Of a DNA stretch of 34,719 nucleotides, positions 19,704 to 29,896 are shown piece by piece. The stretch's first letter is position 1. Each line of letters starts with the position of its first letter. The position numbers and the translations under genes are program-made. Below the pieces are notes generated by a model. It was not told the origin of the DNA and did not search any database. It worked only from the letters and a program-made list of their open reading frames with translations. Source of the stretch: Snowella sp. (GTDB lineage: Bacteria; Cyanobacteriota; Cyanobacteriia; Cyanobacteriales; Microcystaceae); contig JAYKGY010000037.1 of assembly GCA_035285545.1 (NCBI GenBank), positions 1 through 34,719 on the forward strand. Direction: 5' to 3'.

Positions 19704-20069
19704 ATGCACGAAACTGACATGACTAAAGCCCTCATCATCACCGTAAAGGATTGGTATGAGGCTCAACCCGACAAGCCCAAAATCGAAAAAATTCACTTAA
19801 TGGTGGGCAAGTTTACCTGTGTTGAACCCGTGAGTTTGCAATTTGCCTTTGAAGTGCAGACTCGCCAGACTTTTTTGGATGGGGTGGAGTTGGTGATCCA
19901 AGATATTCCTTTAGTGGCCTATTGTCATCGCTGTCAAACGGAGTATCAACCTGAAATTGGCCTGCAATACTCCTGTCCCACCTGTCGATCGCCGATGGAG
20001 GATATTCGCTCAGGGCGGGAATTAAAAATCGATCACATTGAATATTCCCTTCCTAGCCCCACTGTTTAA
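19704..20069 (+). CDS. hypA: HypA-like nickel metallochaperone (GhaA-like)
   Basis: Starts MHE at 19704; two CxxC motifs (CHRC, CPTC); SGRELKI. Confidence 0.92.
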   Translation: MHETDMTKALIITVKDWYEAQPDKPKIEKIHLMVGKFTCVEPVSLQFAFEVQTRQTFLDGVELVIQDIPLVAYCHRCQTEYQPEIGLQYSCPTCRSPMEDIRSGRELKIDHIEYSLPSPTV

Positions 20070-20123
20070 CGTCTCTCATTTAGAGGAATACGAATCGGGA
20101 TTGCTCTTACGCTTTCTGTAAAT

Positions 20124-20144
20124 TATCAACTATTAACTATTAAC
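20124..20144 (+). repeat. Short heptamer tandem repeat (STRR-like, TAT(C/T)AAC x3)
   Basis: TATCAAC TATTAAC TATTAAC; further copies at 20870, 20884 and 21963. Confidence 0.55.
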
Positions 20145-20150
20145 TAAAAA

Positions 20151-20840
20151 ATGCACCAAACCTTTGACGCAGCTTTAGAAATGAACCTACTCCATGCCAA
20201 TCAAGCAGGAGCCGACCATAATCGTGAACATTTTGATGAATGGGGTATTACTTGTTTAAACCTCATGAGTAGTCCTGGGGCAGGAAAAACCGTTTTACTT
20301 GAAAAAACCCTCGCGGCCTTAAAAAATCAGTTCAGAATGGCGGTGATTGAAGGCGATATGACCACCGAATTGGATGCCGATCGCTTACGGCAATATGGAG
20401 TGCCGGTGATTGCCATTAATACGGGGCGTTCCTGTCATTTAGATTCGCGGATGGTTGCAGGTGGAATCCATCGTTTGAAAGAAGATTATAACCCCAAGGA
20501 TTTTGATTTAGTCTTTGTGGAAAATGTGGGAAATTTGGTCTGTCCTGCGGAATTTGAAGTGGGAGAGCACGCAAAAGTTGCTTTATTAAGTATTACGGAA
20601 GGTGAAGATAAACCCCTAAAATATCCCATCATGTTCCAGGAAGCAGATTGTTTATTGGTTACCAAACTGGATCTAGCCCCCCATTTAGAAGTCGATCTGC
20701 AACGTTTGGAAAACAATGTGCGATCGATGAATCCTGATGTCACCATTATTTTTCTCTCTGCCAAAACGGGGGAAGGTCTAGGGCAATGGTTTAGCTGGGT
20801 TGAAAGCCAACTAAAAGTTACGATCGCGGTAAACGGTTAA
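20151..20840 (+). CDS. hypB: HypB-like nickel-insertion GTPase (GhaB-like)
   Basis: [41 protein letters not shown]. Confidence 0.95.
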   Translation: MHQTFDAALEMNLLHANQAGADHNREHFDEWGITCLNLMSSPGAGKTVLLEKTLAALKNQFRMAVIEGDMTTELDADRLRQYGVPVIAINTGRSCHLDSRMVAGGIHRLKEDYNPKDFDLVFVENVGNLVCPAEFEVGEHAKVALLSITEGEDKPLKYPIMFQEADCLLVTKLDLAPHLEVDLQRLENNVRSMNPDVTIIFLSAKTGEGLGQWFSWVESQLKVTIAVNG

Positions 20841-20919
20841 TTAGATAACGGTTAAAATTCTTTATTTCCTATTAACTATTCCTTATCAACTATCGTAGAT
20901 ATCACCTATTTTTATTGCC

Positions 20920-21954
20920 ATGAAACGAAGAAGTTTAATTTCCTTACTTTTGATTTTTTGTAGTAGTTTGCTATTGACAGTTAGTTGTAATCAAGCTCCT
21001 CAACAAACGCCTAATGCGAATATCTCTGCGTTAAATACCCCACCAATCGTAATTGGCTATAGTAACTGGGCGGGGTGGTGGCCCTGGGCGATCGCGGAAG
21101 AAGAGGGTTTATTTGCTAAAAATGGGGTCAATGTGCAAATGAAATGGTTTGATGGTTACCTAGAATCCTTACAGGCCCTAGCCGCAGGGCAATTAGACGG
21201 AAACAGTCAGACCCTCAATGACACGATCGCCTTTGCAGGAGATGCCATTAATGGCGAAGTTGCCGTTTTGGTGAATGATAACTCAGCGGGCAATGACAAA
21301 ATTATTGTTGCGGAAGAAATTAATACTGTTCAAGATTTAAAAGGCAAAAAAGTTGCCGTTGAAGAAGGCGTGGTCGATGATTTCTTACTGAGTTTAGTTC
21401 TAGAAAAAAATCAAATGTCCCGCAAAGATGTTCAAATTGTTCCGATGGAAACAGGGGCAGCCGCAGCGGCCTTTGCAGCCGGAAAAGTTGATGCGGTAGG
21501 AGCATTTCCTCCTTTTTGGTCAACGGCATTAAAACGGAAAGGATCTAAAGAGATTGCAAGTTCTAAGGACTTTCCCGGAGCGATACCCGATCTTTTGGTC
21601 GTCAGCGAAAAATTAATTCAAGAAAAACCTGAACAAGTCCAAGCTTTAGTGAAAACCTGGTTTGATATTCGAGATTTTATGGAAAAGAATCCCCAAAAAG
21701 CCGATGAGATTATGGCTAAACGGGCAGGAGTCAGTGCCGAAGAAATGCAGCTCTATAAAGAAGGAACCTTATTTTTTACCCTTGAGGATAATTTAGAAGC
21801 TTTCTCTCCTGGTAATACGATGAAAAATATGCCTTTTGCCGCTCAAAAAATGGCGGATTTTATGAAAGGGATTGGCTTTATCAAGCAAGTACCGGATTTA
21901 AACAAAATATTAGATGCTCAATTTGTTAAAGCTTTAGCTGAGAAAAAAGCGTAA
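20920..21954 (+). CDS. ABC transporter substrate-binding lipoprotein (SsuA/THI5-like; probable guanidine binding)
   Basis: Lipobox LTVSC; SNWAGWWPW; DNSAGND; operon context. Confidence 0.88.
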   Translation: MKRRSLISLLLIFCSSLLLTVSCNQAPQQTPNANISALNTPPIVIGYSNWAGWWPWAIAEEEGLFAKNGVNVQMKWFDGYLESLQALAAGQLDGNSQTLNDTIAFAGDAINGEVAVLVNDNSAGNDKIIVAEEINTVQDLKGKKVAVEEGVVDDFLLSLVLEKNQMSRKDVQIVPMETGAAAAAFAAGKVDAVGAFPPFWSTALKRKGSKEIASSKDFPGAIPDLLVVSEKLIQEKPEQVQALVKTWFDIRDFMEKNPQKADEIMAKRAGVSAEEMQLYKEGTLFFTLEDNLEAFSPGNTMKNMPFAAQKMADFMKGIGFIKQVPDLNKILDAQFVKALAEKKA

Positions 21955-22087
21955 CGATAGACTATTAACAATCAAAATTCTAAGTTTTTTTAGCTTGGAT
22001 AATTAACTTTACTGTATTAAAAATCGGAATCGAAAATTGGGTGATCTTGACAGTCTGTATCTTTTTTGCTGATTGAGAGAGGACTGA

Positions 22088-22903
22088 ATGACAACACAAA
22101 CTAAATCCCTTAAACCCACACTTTTTTGGCAAATTGCGGAAGAAGTTCCCGAATCCTTGAAGTGGGTTCTCATGACACTTTCAATTGTTGTCCCGCTTAT
22201 TGTGTGGGTCATTATTTCGAGTTTTTCAGGTGTTGATTCCATTTTTCTTCCTTCCCCTCTAGCCGTAATTCAAGCATTAGGAAATCTTTGGCAGCAAGGA
22301 TTTCTCGTTGGTGATACCGTCACTAGCTTTCTAAGAGTTGTGGGGGGATTTTTTCTAGGGGGAATGGTGGCGATTCCTTTGGGAATTTTAATGGGAACTT
22401 TTTCCAGTATTCGGAATTTAACGGAACCGATTATTGGCGTAATTCGCTATATGCCTGCTCCCGCTTTTATTCCCCTTTTAGTAATTTATTTGGGCATTGA
22501 TGAAGCATCTAAAGTCATGTTGATTTTTATTGGGACAATTTTCTTTAATACGCTCATGATTATGGATGCGGTTAAGTTTATTCCCAAAGAATTAATTGAG
22601 GTGACTTACACCCTGGGCGGGTTACGCAAACAAGTTTTATTACAAGTGATTACCCCCTATGTTATTCCCAATATTTTGGATGCGTTGCGAATTAATATGG
22701 CCGCAGCCTGGAATTTAGTCGTTGTTGCAGAACTGGTTGCGGCGGATAACGGCTTAGGAAAGCGTATTTTATTGGCTCAAAAATTCATGAAAACCGATGA
22801 AATTTTTGCTTGTCTTATTGTATTAGGGATTATCGGTTTTGCTTTAGATCTTAGTTTTCGTTTACTGCTGCGTTGGACTTGTAAATGGTCAATTACTCGC
22901 TAA
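22088..22903 (+). CDS. ABC transporter permease (SsuC/TauC-like)
   Basis: FLPSP, RYMPAPAFIPL, EAA-like ELIEVTYTLGG, AWNLVVVAEL; multiple TM helices. Confidence 0.92.
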   Translation: MTTQTKSLKPTLFWQIAEEVPESLKWVLMTLSIVVPLIVWVIISSFSGVDSIFLPSPLAVIQALGNLWQQGFLVGDTVTSFLRVVGGFFLGGMVAIPLGILMGTFSSIRNLTEPIIGVIRYMPAPAFIPLLVIYLGIDEASKVMLIFIGTIFFNTLMIMDAVKFIPKELIEVTYTLGGLRKQVLLQVITPYVIPNILDALRINMAAAWNLVVVAELVAADNGLGKRILLAQKFMKTDEIFACLIVLGIIGFALDLSFRLLLRWTCKWSITR

Positions 22904-22987
22904 TTTACTATCGTTGCTTTCATGATCTTTAAGGACATAATATATTATGTTCCTACGAAAATTTTGTAATTTAAGAAAAATAAAATT

Positions 22988-23779
22988 ATGCACTTAGAAA
23001 TTACTAATTTAAATAAATCTTTTTCAACTAAACGAGGTTCTATTATTGCTTTACAGAATATCAATATGTATGTTGAAGAATCTGAATTTGTTTGTGTCGT
23101 GGGTGCATCAGGATCGGGCAAATCAACGCTTTTAAGAATGATTGCCGGCTTAGAAATGCCCACATCGGGCAAAATTACCGTGGATGGAAAGGAAGTCACC
23201 GGGCCAGGAGCTGATCGCGGAATGGTCTTTCAAAGTTACACCCTTTATCCCTGGATGACGGTACAGGAAAATGTGGAATTTGGCTTAAAGCTTCAAGGAC
23301 TACCGCAAAAAGAACGGTGGGAATTAGCCTGTTATTATCTCGACGTGGTGGGTTTAGTCCCGTTTGCTAATGCCTATCCCAAAGAATTATCTGGGGGAAT
23401 GAAACAACGAGTAGCGATCGCGCGATCTCTGGCTTGCCATCCCAAGGTACTGTTAATGGATGAACCCTTTGGCGCATTAGATGTACAAACTAAAGAAAGA
23501 ATGCACGAATATCTGATTTCCATCTGGCAACGGATTAAATGCAGTATTTTAATGATTACTCACGATGTCGAAGAAGCGGTTTTTTTAGCCCAACGGATCT
23601 ATGTTTTAAGCGCAAGGCCCGGAAAGATTCAGCGAGAACTCAATATTCAATTACCAGAAGGCAGAAATTATCACATTAAACGAAAAACTGAATTTTATGA
23701 ATATACAGATGAAATATTTAGCTTACTACGAACCGTCAATAGCGAAAACGACGAACCCAGCAGGGTAATTGCAGGATAA
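22988..23779 (+). CDS. ABC transporter ATP-binding protein (SsuB/TauB-like)
   Basis: GASGSGKST, LSGGMKQR, LLMDEPF, ITHD. Confidence 0.95.
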   Translation: MHLEITNLNKSFSTKRGSIIALQNINMYVEESEFVCVVGASGSGKSTLLRMIAGLEMPTSGKITVDGKEVTGPGADRGMVFQSYTLYPWMTVQENVEFGLKLQGLPQKERWELACYYLDVVGLVPFANAYPKELSGGMKQRVAIARSLACHPKVLLMDEPFGALDVQTKERMHEYLISIWQRIKCSILMITHDVEEAVFLAQRIYVLSARPGKIQRELNIQLPEGRNYHIKRKTEFYEYTDEIFSLLRTVNSENDEPSRVIAG

Positions 23780-23871
23780 CTCACGCCAAAAAATGATGGT
23801 CGAGCCTTCAGATAAGGTTAATACATTGGGTTTAAAAATTGACCATGATGAACATCTGAGCAATTTCAACC

Positions 23872-24588
23872 TTAAGGGCGAATTAATAAACGACCTAAAC
23901 AGGATAATTCCCCGTTATTTAACTGTAAAGATTCAATTTCTACGTCTGTTCCCAAATCTACCTGAAAATCGTCTTTGCCCTCTTGGGTTAATTCCCCTAA
24001 TCCATGAATTTCAATATCTTTAAGATGTAAGGTTTGCGGGTTAATGAGGGTTAATTTGGCTTTGATTTTTAAGGAAATAATCGGTTTATCGGGTTCAGTG
24101 AGGGTTCCTACTAGGGTAAAAGACTGGGAATGAAGCGCGATCGCGTTCCAGCCAATCCGATAGGGGGCAAGCCTTTCTGGGGGATTATCAATTCCTTTAA
24201 GCTCCAAAAGCGCGATCAACAATTCGGTAAACGCATTGGTCAAAATTTCCGAAGCCAGGGACGCTTGTAAATCACTCTCTGCTAACTGGACTTCTCCGCT
24301 CACTCGGATGGGTTCTAACAGTTGCAAGGGTTTCCCTTTAATGATTTGCCCCATATTGATGCGAATATTTTCGCCTTTCAGTAAAACTTTTCCTAACTGC
24401 AATCCCTGATAAATTGCCCGTTGACTGCTCAAAAAAACTTGGGGGACGTGACCCCTCAGCAGTTGGCGGTCTTGCCCTTCAATATGAATATCGAGTTGTT
24501 CGGCCTGTTCCACTTGGGAGCGTAACCAAAGACGCAAAGCCGGCGAAAGAATTTTACTAATAAGTTTACTGGGCTGATTTAGGGGCAT
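23872..24588 (-). CDS. DUF2993 / LmeA-like phospholipid-binding protein
   Basis: LSPALRLWLRSQVE, AIYQGLQL, GKPLQLLEPI, DLGTDVEI are typical of this cyanobacterial family. Confidence 0.75.
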   Translation of the reverse strand: MPLNQPSKLISKILSPALRLWLRSQVEQAEQLDIHIEGQDRQLLRGHVPQVFLSSQRAIYQGLQLGKVLLKGENIRINMGQIIKGKPLQLLEPIRVSGEVQLAESDLQASLASEILTNAFTELLIALLELKGIDNPPERLAPYRIGWNAIALHSQSFTLVGTLTEPDKPIISLKIKAKLTLINPQTLHLKDIEIHGLGELTQEGKDDFQVDLGTDVEIESLQLNNGELSCLGRLLIRP

Positions 24589-24745
24589 AGGACGGTCAGT
24601 TCAAAGGTTACACTTAAATCAATAAGTGCTATATCAATATAAGCTGAATTTGCTACTCTGGTGAGTGGAAGACATTGAGGCAGTAGTCAGCAAACGATAT
24701 ACTACACCGCATTTTTTTCAAATTACAACAGGGAGCAATCAACCC

Positions 24746-25531
24746 ATGACTGAACGGGTACAAAAAATTTTATCTCAGTGGGGAGTGGCATCCCGTCGTC
24801 ATGCGGAAGAAATGATTCTAGAAGGAAGAGTTCGTTTAAATGGTAAGCCCGTTCAACTCGGTGATAAAGCCGATCCCGGTCGCGATCGCCTGGAAGTCGA
24901 TGGAAAAAGAATTGAGCCGGTCAATCGTCCCAAATTTGTTTATTTATTGCTCAATAAACCCAGGGATGTGATTTCGACCTGTCAAGATCCTGAACAGCGC
25001 AAAACCGTCCTCGATTTCTTGTCTCCCCATCTACGGGAAGGGAAAGGGATTCACCCCGTTGGCCGTTTAGACCGCAATTCGACCGGCGCGTTATTACTGA
25101 CCAATGATGGCGAATTAACCTTGCGCTTAACCCATCCTCGTTATCATTTACCGAAAACCTATGATGTTTGGGTTGCAGGGCATCCTACTGAACAGCAGTT
25201 AGAACAATGGCGAGCAGGTATTTTACTAGAAGGTCAGCAGACTTTACCCGCCCAGGTTGACGTAGTAGATTTTGACAAAACGCGGACGTGCTTAGAAATC
25301 ACCTTAGTCGAAGGCAGAAATCGACAAATTCGGCGAATGGCAGAGGAATTTGGCTTTGAGGTTTTGAAATTACATCGTTGGGCCATCGGAGAGATCACCT
25401 TACATCTTCCGAATGAACGCTTAGGGAGTGGGCAATATCGCTATCTAAAACCCTCAGAGATTACCTATCTGAAACGACATACCCAATTAGAAGTCCCTAA
25501 ACATAAGGTGATCCGAAACCGCGATCGCTAG
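24746..25531 (+). CDS. RsuA/RluB-family rRNA pseudouridine synthase
   Basis: S4 domain [40 protein letters not shown]; likely ATG at 24746. Confidence 0.93.
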   Translation: MTERVQKILSQWGVASRRHAEEMILEGRVRLNGKPVQLGDKADPGRDRLEVDGKRIEPVNRPKFVYLLLNKPRDVISTCQDPEQRKTVLDFLSPHLREGKGIHPVGRLDRNSTGALLLTNDGELTLRLTHPRYHLPKTYDVWVAGHPTEQQLEQWRAGILLEGQQTLPAQVDVVDFDKTRTCLEITLVEGRNRQIRRMAEEFGFEVLKLHRWAIGEITLHLPNERLGSGQYRYLKPSEITYLKRHTQLEVPKHKVIRNRDR

Positions 25532-25555
25532 TTTTGTGAGAATAAACTGTTAACC

Positions 25556-27145
25556 TTAAAAGCGATCGCTAACGGCATTAACTTCATATAAATAATAAAC
25601 TTCATTACCAATAAAACTGTTAGTAAATTCTTGAATTGGTTTAATGATTAAATTAGGCTGAGATGCATCGAGTTTATGGTTCAAAATTAAAAGAACAGGT
25701 TTTTGTGTTTGAAGAATTAAATCATGAACTTGGGCTAATACTTCTGAATCAGTGACGATTTGACGTTGTTGATTAAAGAGTACAAAACTTCCTAATTTTT
25801 TGCTTTCGGGATAATAAATCTGAGCTTGCAAATAGCCACTAATGGGAGAAATCGCAAAATCCTCACTGCCGACTAAACTATATTTACTAAAATCCATTGA
25901 TTTAATATAATTAGCAGTTTCCCTGCTTGCCGAATAGGGTAAAAAAATATCTCGGCTATAGGAGACAATTCCTGCCGCTAATTGGGCATAAAGCAGAATC
26001 ATTAAAAATGTCACTTGATAACGTTTTACCCAATTTCTCCAACGATGCAACTGAAATTTTATTTTAGGATAGGATAAATATTTTTTAATAAAATCAGGAA
26101 TTAATTGTGAAGGTGAATAGTAACTCCTTAACCAAAAAGCGGTAATCAAAATAATATACAAATGTCCGTAATGTCTGGCTGAGCCTAAAAACTTTAAATA
26201 GGTAAATAAAACAATTGCACCAGTTCCCAATAAATAAAAGCATAGAACGATAGGATAATCTGAAAATGCCGTAATGGTAAAGGCTAAAATTCCTATTGAA
26301 ATCACAGCAAAAAGAAACACATCTAAGGGTTTAGAATCGCCTGGGACTAAAACTAAAATATAACTATTCCAAATTCGAGTTAGAGCTTGATTAAATCGAT
26401 GAAAATCCCACTGAAAAAACCATTGATCGGCTCCTCCCTGTAGGGTACTATCCCCAGGTGGCATTAAGAGGATGACGGATAGGATAATTCCAGCAACGAC
26501 AATCCCTAAACTAACTAAGGCATCGACTTGAGAAACTTTTAAAGGGATATCAATAAATTTTCTACTAAAATATTCGATACTTAAAGTTAGCAATAAAGCA
26601 ATTGTGATTAATAAACAGTAGGCATTAGTATTAGCTAATAAGGCTAAAATTAAAGCTAATGCTAAATAACTTTTTTTTCGAGTTTGGAATAAACTGCAAA
26701 AAGCAAAAAGACAGAGAATGCCGATCGCGTAATTGCGACTAATTAATAAATACTCATAAATGGGTAAATAACCCAGTACAAATAATAATTTTTGTAAGCG
26801 AGTAAAGGGCGAAAAATAAATAAATAAACTAATGGCGACAGTGGCTAAACCTAAGTGAAACAACTGCATCGCGATCGCGTTAGCTGTGATCTGATTTAAA
26901 ACATAAAGACAGGCATACCACAGGATTGGATGACCTTCGTAGCGAATATTATTCCAAAAATCTGTTAGCGATAAGCTATCTCTCGCAATTAACCAGCCAT
27001 TTAATTCATCCCGCCACATGGCATGGTTCAGAATTCCCAATAATCCTAAAACAAAAAAAATGAGGAGTAATAAACCTTCAAAATGTTGAATATTGGCTAA
27101 TCGAAAACGCTTTGATTCGCTCAAATTATTCTCTAAAATCGGCAT
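25556..27145 (-). CDS. Polytopic membrane protein, possibly a GT-C-fold glycosyltransferase
   Basis: Many hydrophobic segments; HAMWRDE and YEGHP follow the first TM helix. Likely ATG at 27145, because the longer ORF overlaps the TrmH gene. Confidence 0.6.
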   Translation of the reverse strand: MPILENNLSESKRFRLANIQHFEGLLLLIFFVLGLLGILNHAMWRDELNGWLIARDSLSLTDFWNNIRYEGHPILWYACLYVLNQITANAIAMQLFHLGLATVAISLFIYFSPFTRLQKLLFVLGYLPIYEYLLISRNYAIGILCLFAFCSLFQTRKKSYLALALILALLANTNAYCLLITIALLLTLSIEYFSRKFIDIPLKVSQVDALVSLGIVVAGIILSVILLMPPGDSTLQGGADQWFFQWDFHRFNQALTRIWNSYILVLVPGDSKPLDVFLFAVISIGILAFTITAFSDYPIVLCFYLLGTGAIVLFTYLKFLGSARHYGHLYIILITAFWLRSYYSPSQLIPDFIKKYLSYPKIKFQLHRWRNWVKRYQVTFLMILLYAQLAAGIVSYSRDIFLPYSASRETANYIKSMDFSKYSLVGSEDFAISPISGYLQAQIYYPESKKLGSFVLFNQQRQIVTDSEVLAQVHDLILQTQKPVLLILNHKLDASQPNLIIKPIQEFTNSFIGNEVYYLYEVNAVSDRF

Positions 27146-27188
27146 GATGCGATAGTTTACTAATGATTGATTTTTATTGCTTTTTAGC

Positions 27189-27980
27189 TTATCGTGTCTG
27201 AGTCTGCTTTTGCCGTTGGGCTTCGTATAATAGCAATGCTGCTGCGATCGCCACATTCAAAGACTCCACCCCAGGCGCAAGAGGAATCGTCACCGACTCA
27301 TCAGCTAACTCACTTAATTCTGGACTTAATCCTGCCCCTTCATTTCCCAATAAAATCAAGCTTGGCTGGATAAAATCAATCTCCCAAAAGGTTTTGGCGG
27401 CATCTAAGCGAGTCGCAATAACTTGAATCCCCTGGGCTTGATAATTTTTGATTAATTGACCTAAATCGGGGTGAGATTGCTTGGAGAGATGAAACCAGGC
27501 TCCTGCTGAAGACCGTAGCACCTTGGGATTATCGAGTTCTACACTATCTTCACTTAACCAAAGCTGATCTACTTGAGTGGCAACGGCAGATCGAATAATT
27601 GTGCCTAAATTGCCTGGATCTTGAATGCGTTCTAGAATTAACCCCAATTGCAAACTATTGGATCTTGATATTGTTTGAAAATCTCTCTCAATTGTCGCAA
27701 TCACACCATCAGGATTAACGGTTGTGGCTAATTGTTGCAAAACTTCAGGGCTAACGCATTCTATCCGTTGCGATCGCGGAATAACTCGCTCTAAAAGTTG
27801 GGAATATCTCTCCTGCCATTGAGGGGTATAGCAAACGGTCTGGAAGGAACAATCCCCCTGCCATGCCGTCTCCAATAAGTGGGTTCCCTCTAGTAACAAT
27901 AAATTTTGCTCCCGTCGTCCTTTACTGCGATGAAGCTTACGAATTTGTTTAACCAGAGGATTTTGCGAACTGGTAATCAT
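27189..27980 (-). CDS. TrmH/SpoU-family RNA 2'-O-methyltransferase
   Basis: ITSSQNP, IQDPGNLGTIIRS, LGNEGAGL, VESLNVAIA. Confidence 0.95.
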   Translation of the reverse strand: MITSSQNPLVKQIRKLHRSKGRREQNLLLLEGTHLLETAWQGDCSFQTVCYTPQWQERYSQLLERVIPRSQRIECVSPEVLQQLATTVNPDGVIATIERDFQTISRSNSLQLGLILERIQDPGNLGTIIRSAVATQVDQLWLSEDSVELDNPKVLRSSAGAWFHLSKQSHPDLGQLIKNYQAQGIQVIATRLDAAKTFWEIDFIQPSLILLGNEGAGLSPELSELADESVTIPLAPGVESLNVAIAAALLLYEAQRQKQTQTR

Positions 27981-28061
27981 GCCGAAATAGGCTGAAAGAC
28001 TCGACGTGATGGGCTTTCCCTAAACTGAGTAATTTAACTTGCATCTAGCGTTAATTCCAGA

Positions 28062-28145
28062 TGCGGAACCCGGGACTCGAACCCGGAAGTCCTTGCGGAC
28101 ACTAGAACCTGAATCTAGCGCGTCTACCAATTCCGCCAGTACCGC
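28062..28145 (-). tRNA. trnL: tRNA-Leu(CAG)
   Basis: GCGGTACTGGCGGAATTGGTAGACGCG-CTAGA-TTCAGGT-TCTAG, long variable arm, GGTTCGAGTCC, GTTCCGCA; CCA not encoded. Confidence 0.97.
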
Positions 28146-28357
28146 TTCATAGGGGTTAATCCCCAACTAATCATCATTACCCATAGCGGGCTAGTTAGTC
28201 AATGATTTGCTAGCAAAACCTTAATTGTTATTTACCTCTCGCTGGCTAAACCCTAGAAAGTTAGAAAAAAAACTAGACATTTTACGATTTTCTAGTAAAA
28301 TCTAGAGGCAAAATCTTTACTTATGATAAACCTATATATTAATCGGAGGATAAAGCC

Positions 28358-29713
28358 ATAAGCATTAATTATACAACCAATACCGATGCCCTCGCATCCA
28401 GTGGTGACAGCCAACCCGTTATTGAAATTTATGGCGGCTCTCCTTTAAAGGGAGAAGTCAGAATTAGTGGTGCAAAAAATTCCGCACTGGCCATCATGGC
28501 AGGAACCCTGCTGTGCTCAGATGATTGTCGGCTACGGAATTTACCTAATTTGGCAGATATTACCCGCATGAGCCAAATCTTGTCTGCGATTGGCGTTAAG
28601 TTGCAACTTAATGGCGATGTTTTAGATATCGATGCCCGTAACATTGGCCAATCCCAAGCACCCTATGAATTAGTTTCCCAATTACGCGCCAGCTTCTTTG
28701 TTATTGGGCCTCTCTTAGCTCGTTTAGGGACAACACGGGTTCCCCTGCCTGGTGGCTGTGCGATTGGTGCGCGTCCAGTTGATCTCCATGTTCGAGGTCT
28801 TCAGGCAATGGGTGCAGATGTCATTATTGAGCATGGCGTTGTTCAAGCCAGCGTCAAAGGCAAGAGTAATCGGTTAAAAGGGGCGAAAATCTATTTAGAC
28901 TATCCCAGTGTAGGGGCGACCGAAACCATTATGATGGCGGCGACCCTTGCAGAAGGAGAAACGATTATTGAAAATGCGGCCCAGGAACCTGAAATTATTG
29001 ATCTCGCCAATTTCTGTAATTCGATGGGAGCAAAAATCATCGGTGCAGGAACTAATACCATTGTGATTAATGGCGTAGAACGCTTACATTCGACGGATTA
29101 CCCCATTCTGCCTGATCGCATTGAAGCAGGAACTTTCCTCGTTGCGGGTGCGATTACCCAATCGGAAATTAGTCTTTTCCCTGTGATTCCTGATCATTTA
29201 GCCTCAGCGATCGCGAAACTTCAGGAAATCGGGCCCAAGGTGGTCATCGAAGACAAAGACCGGATTCGCATTATTCCGGCACCGTTACGGGGTACTGATA
29301 TTGAAACCCTACCCTACCCAGGTTTCCCAACCGATATGCAAGCTCAATTCATGGCCTTATTAGCGGTGAGCCAAGGGAATAGCATGGTAACGGAAACTGT
29401 CTTTGAAAACCGTTTGCAGCACGTCGCTGAATTGCAACGCATGGGAGCTAATATCCGCGTTAAAGGCAATGTTGCCGTTATTCAAGGGGTTCCGTTTCTA
29501 TCAGGTGCGCCGGTGATGTCTACGGATTTACGAGCTTCTGCGGCGTTAGTCTTAGCAGGCTTAGCAGCGGAAGGCAAAACCATCATTCAAGGCTTAAAAC
29601 ATCTGGATCGGGGTTACGATGATATTGAAGGGAAATTACGAAAATTAGGCGCGAATCTCCGCCGCGTTAATGTTCCAACGGAAGCCATCAACAATCCTGC
29701 TAGTTTAGTCTAA
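28358..29713 (+). CDS. murA: UDP-N-acetylglucosamine 1-carboxyvinyltransferase; start extended upstream of the ORF-track ATG at 28496
   Basis: [39 protein letters not shown]. The conserved [13 protein letters not shown] is in frame upstream of 28496. Exact start (ATA 28358 or ATT 28364) is inferred. Confidence 0.95.
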   Translation: MSINYTTNTDALASSGDSQPVIEIYGGSPLKGEVRISGAKNSALAIMAGTLLCSDDCRLRNLPNLADITRMSQILSAIGVKLQLNGDVLDIDARNIGQSQAPYELVSQLRASFFVIGPLLARLGTTRVPLPGGCAIGARPVDLHVRGLQAMGADVIIEHGVVQASVKGKSNRLKGAKIYLDYPSVGATETIMMAATLAEGETIIENAAQEPEIIDLANFCNSMGAKIIGAGTNTIVINGVERLHSTDYPILPDRIEAGTFLVAGAITQSEISLFPVIPDHLASAIAKLQEIGPKVVIEDKDRIRIIPAPLRGTDIETLPYPGFPTDMQAQFMALLAVSQGNSMVTETVFENRLQHVAELQRMGANIRVKGNVAVIQGVPFLSGAPVMSTDLRASAALVLAGLAAEGKTIIQGLKHLDRGYDDIEGKLRKLGANLRRVNVPTEAINNPASLV

Positions 29714-29748
29714 TTCTTCTTCTCAAATTTCTATAAAATTAAATCCTG

Positions 29749-29790
29749 AAGAACAGATTACTTATGCACTAAGTATTTGTTCTTTTTTTT
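29749..29790 (+). terminator. Intrinsic terminator after murA
   Basis: AAGAACAGATTACTTA-TGCAC-TAAGTATTTGTTCTT plus a T-run. Confidence 0.75.
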
Positions 29791-29896
29791 GATGAAGATG
29801 GGTTGAATTTCAACAATAATGGAAGGTGGCGATCGCGGTTATGATTGCCCAATTCAGCCTGTTTACCCTAACGTTCTTTCTCTGCACCTAACCACT

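Noticed and set aside
19704..20840. hypA/hypB as evidence of a hydrogenase locus
   Set aside because: No hox, hup or hypCDEF genes; the context indicates Ni delivery to guanidine hydrolase.
28062..28340. tRNA-Leu as an integration site
   Set aside because: No integrase and no duplicated tRNA 3' end seen; the flanks are housekeeping genes.
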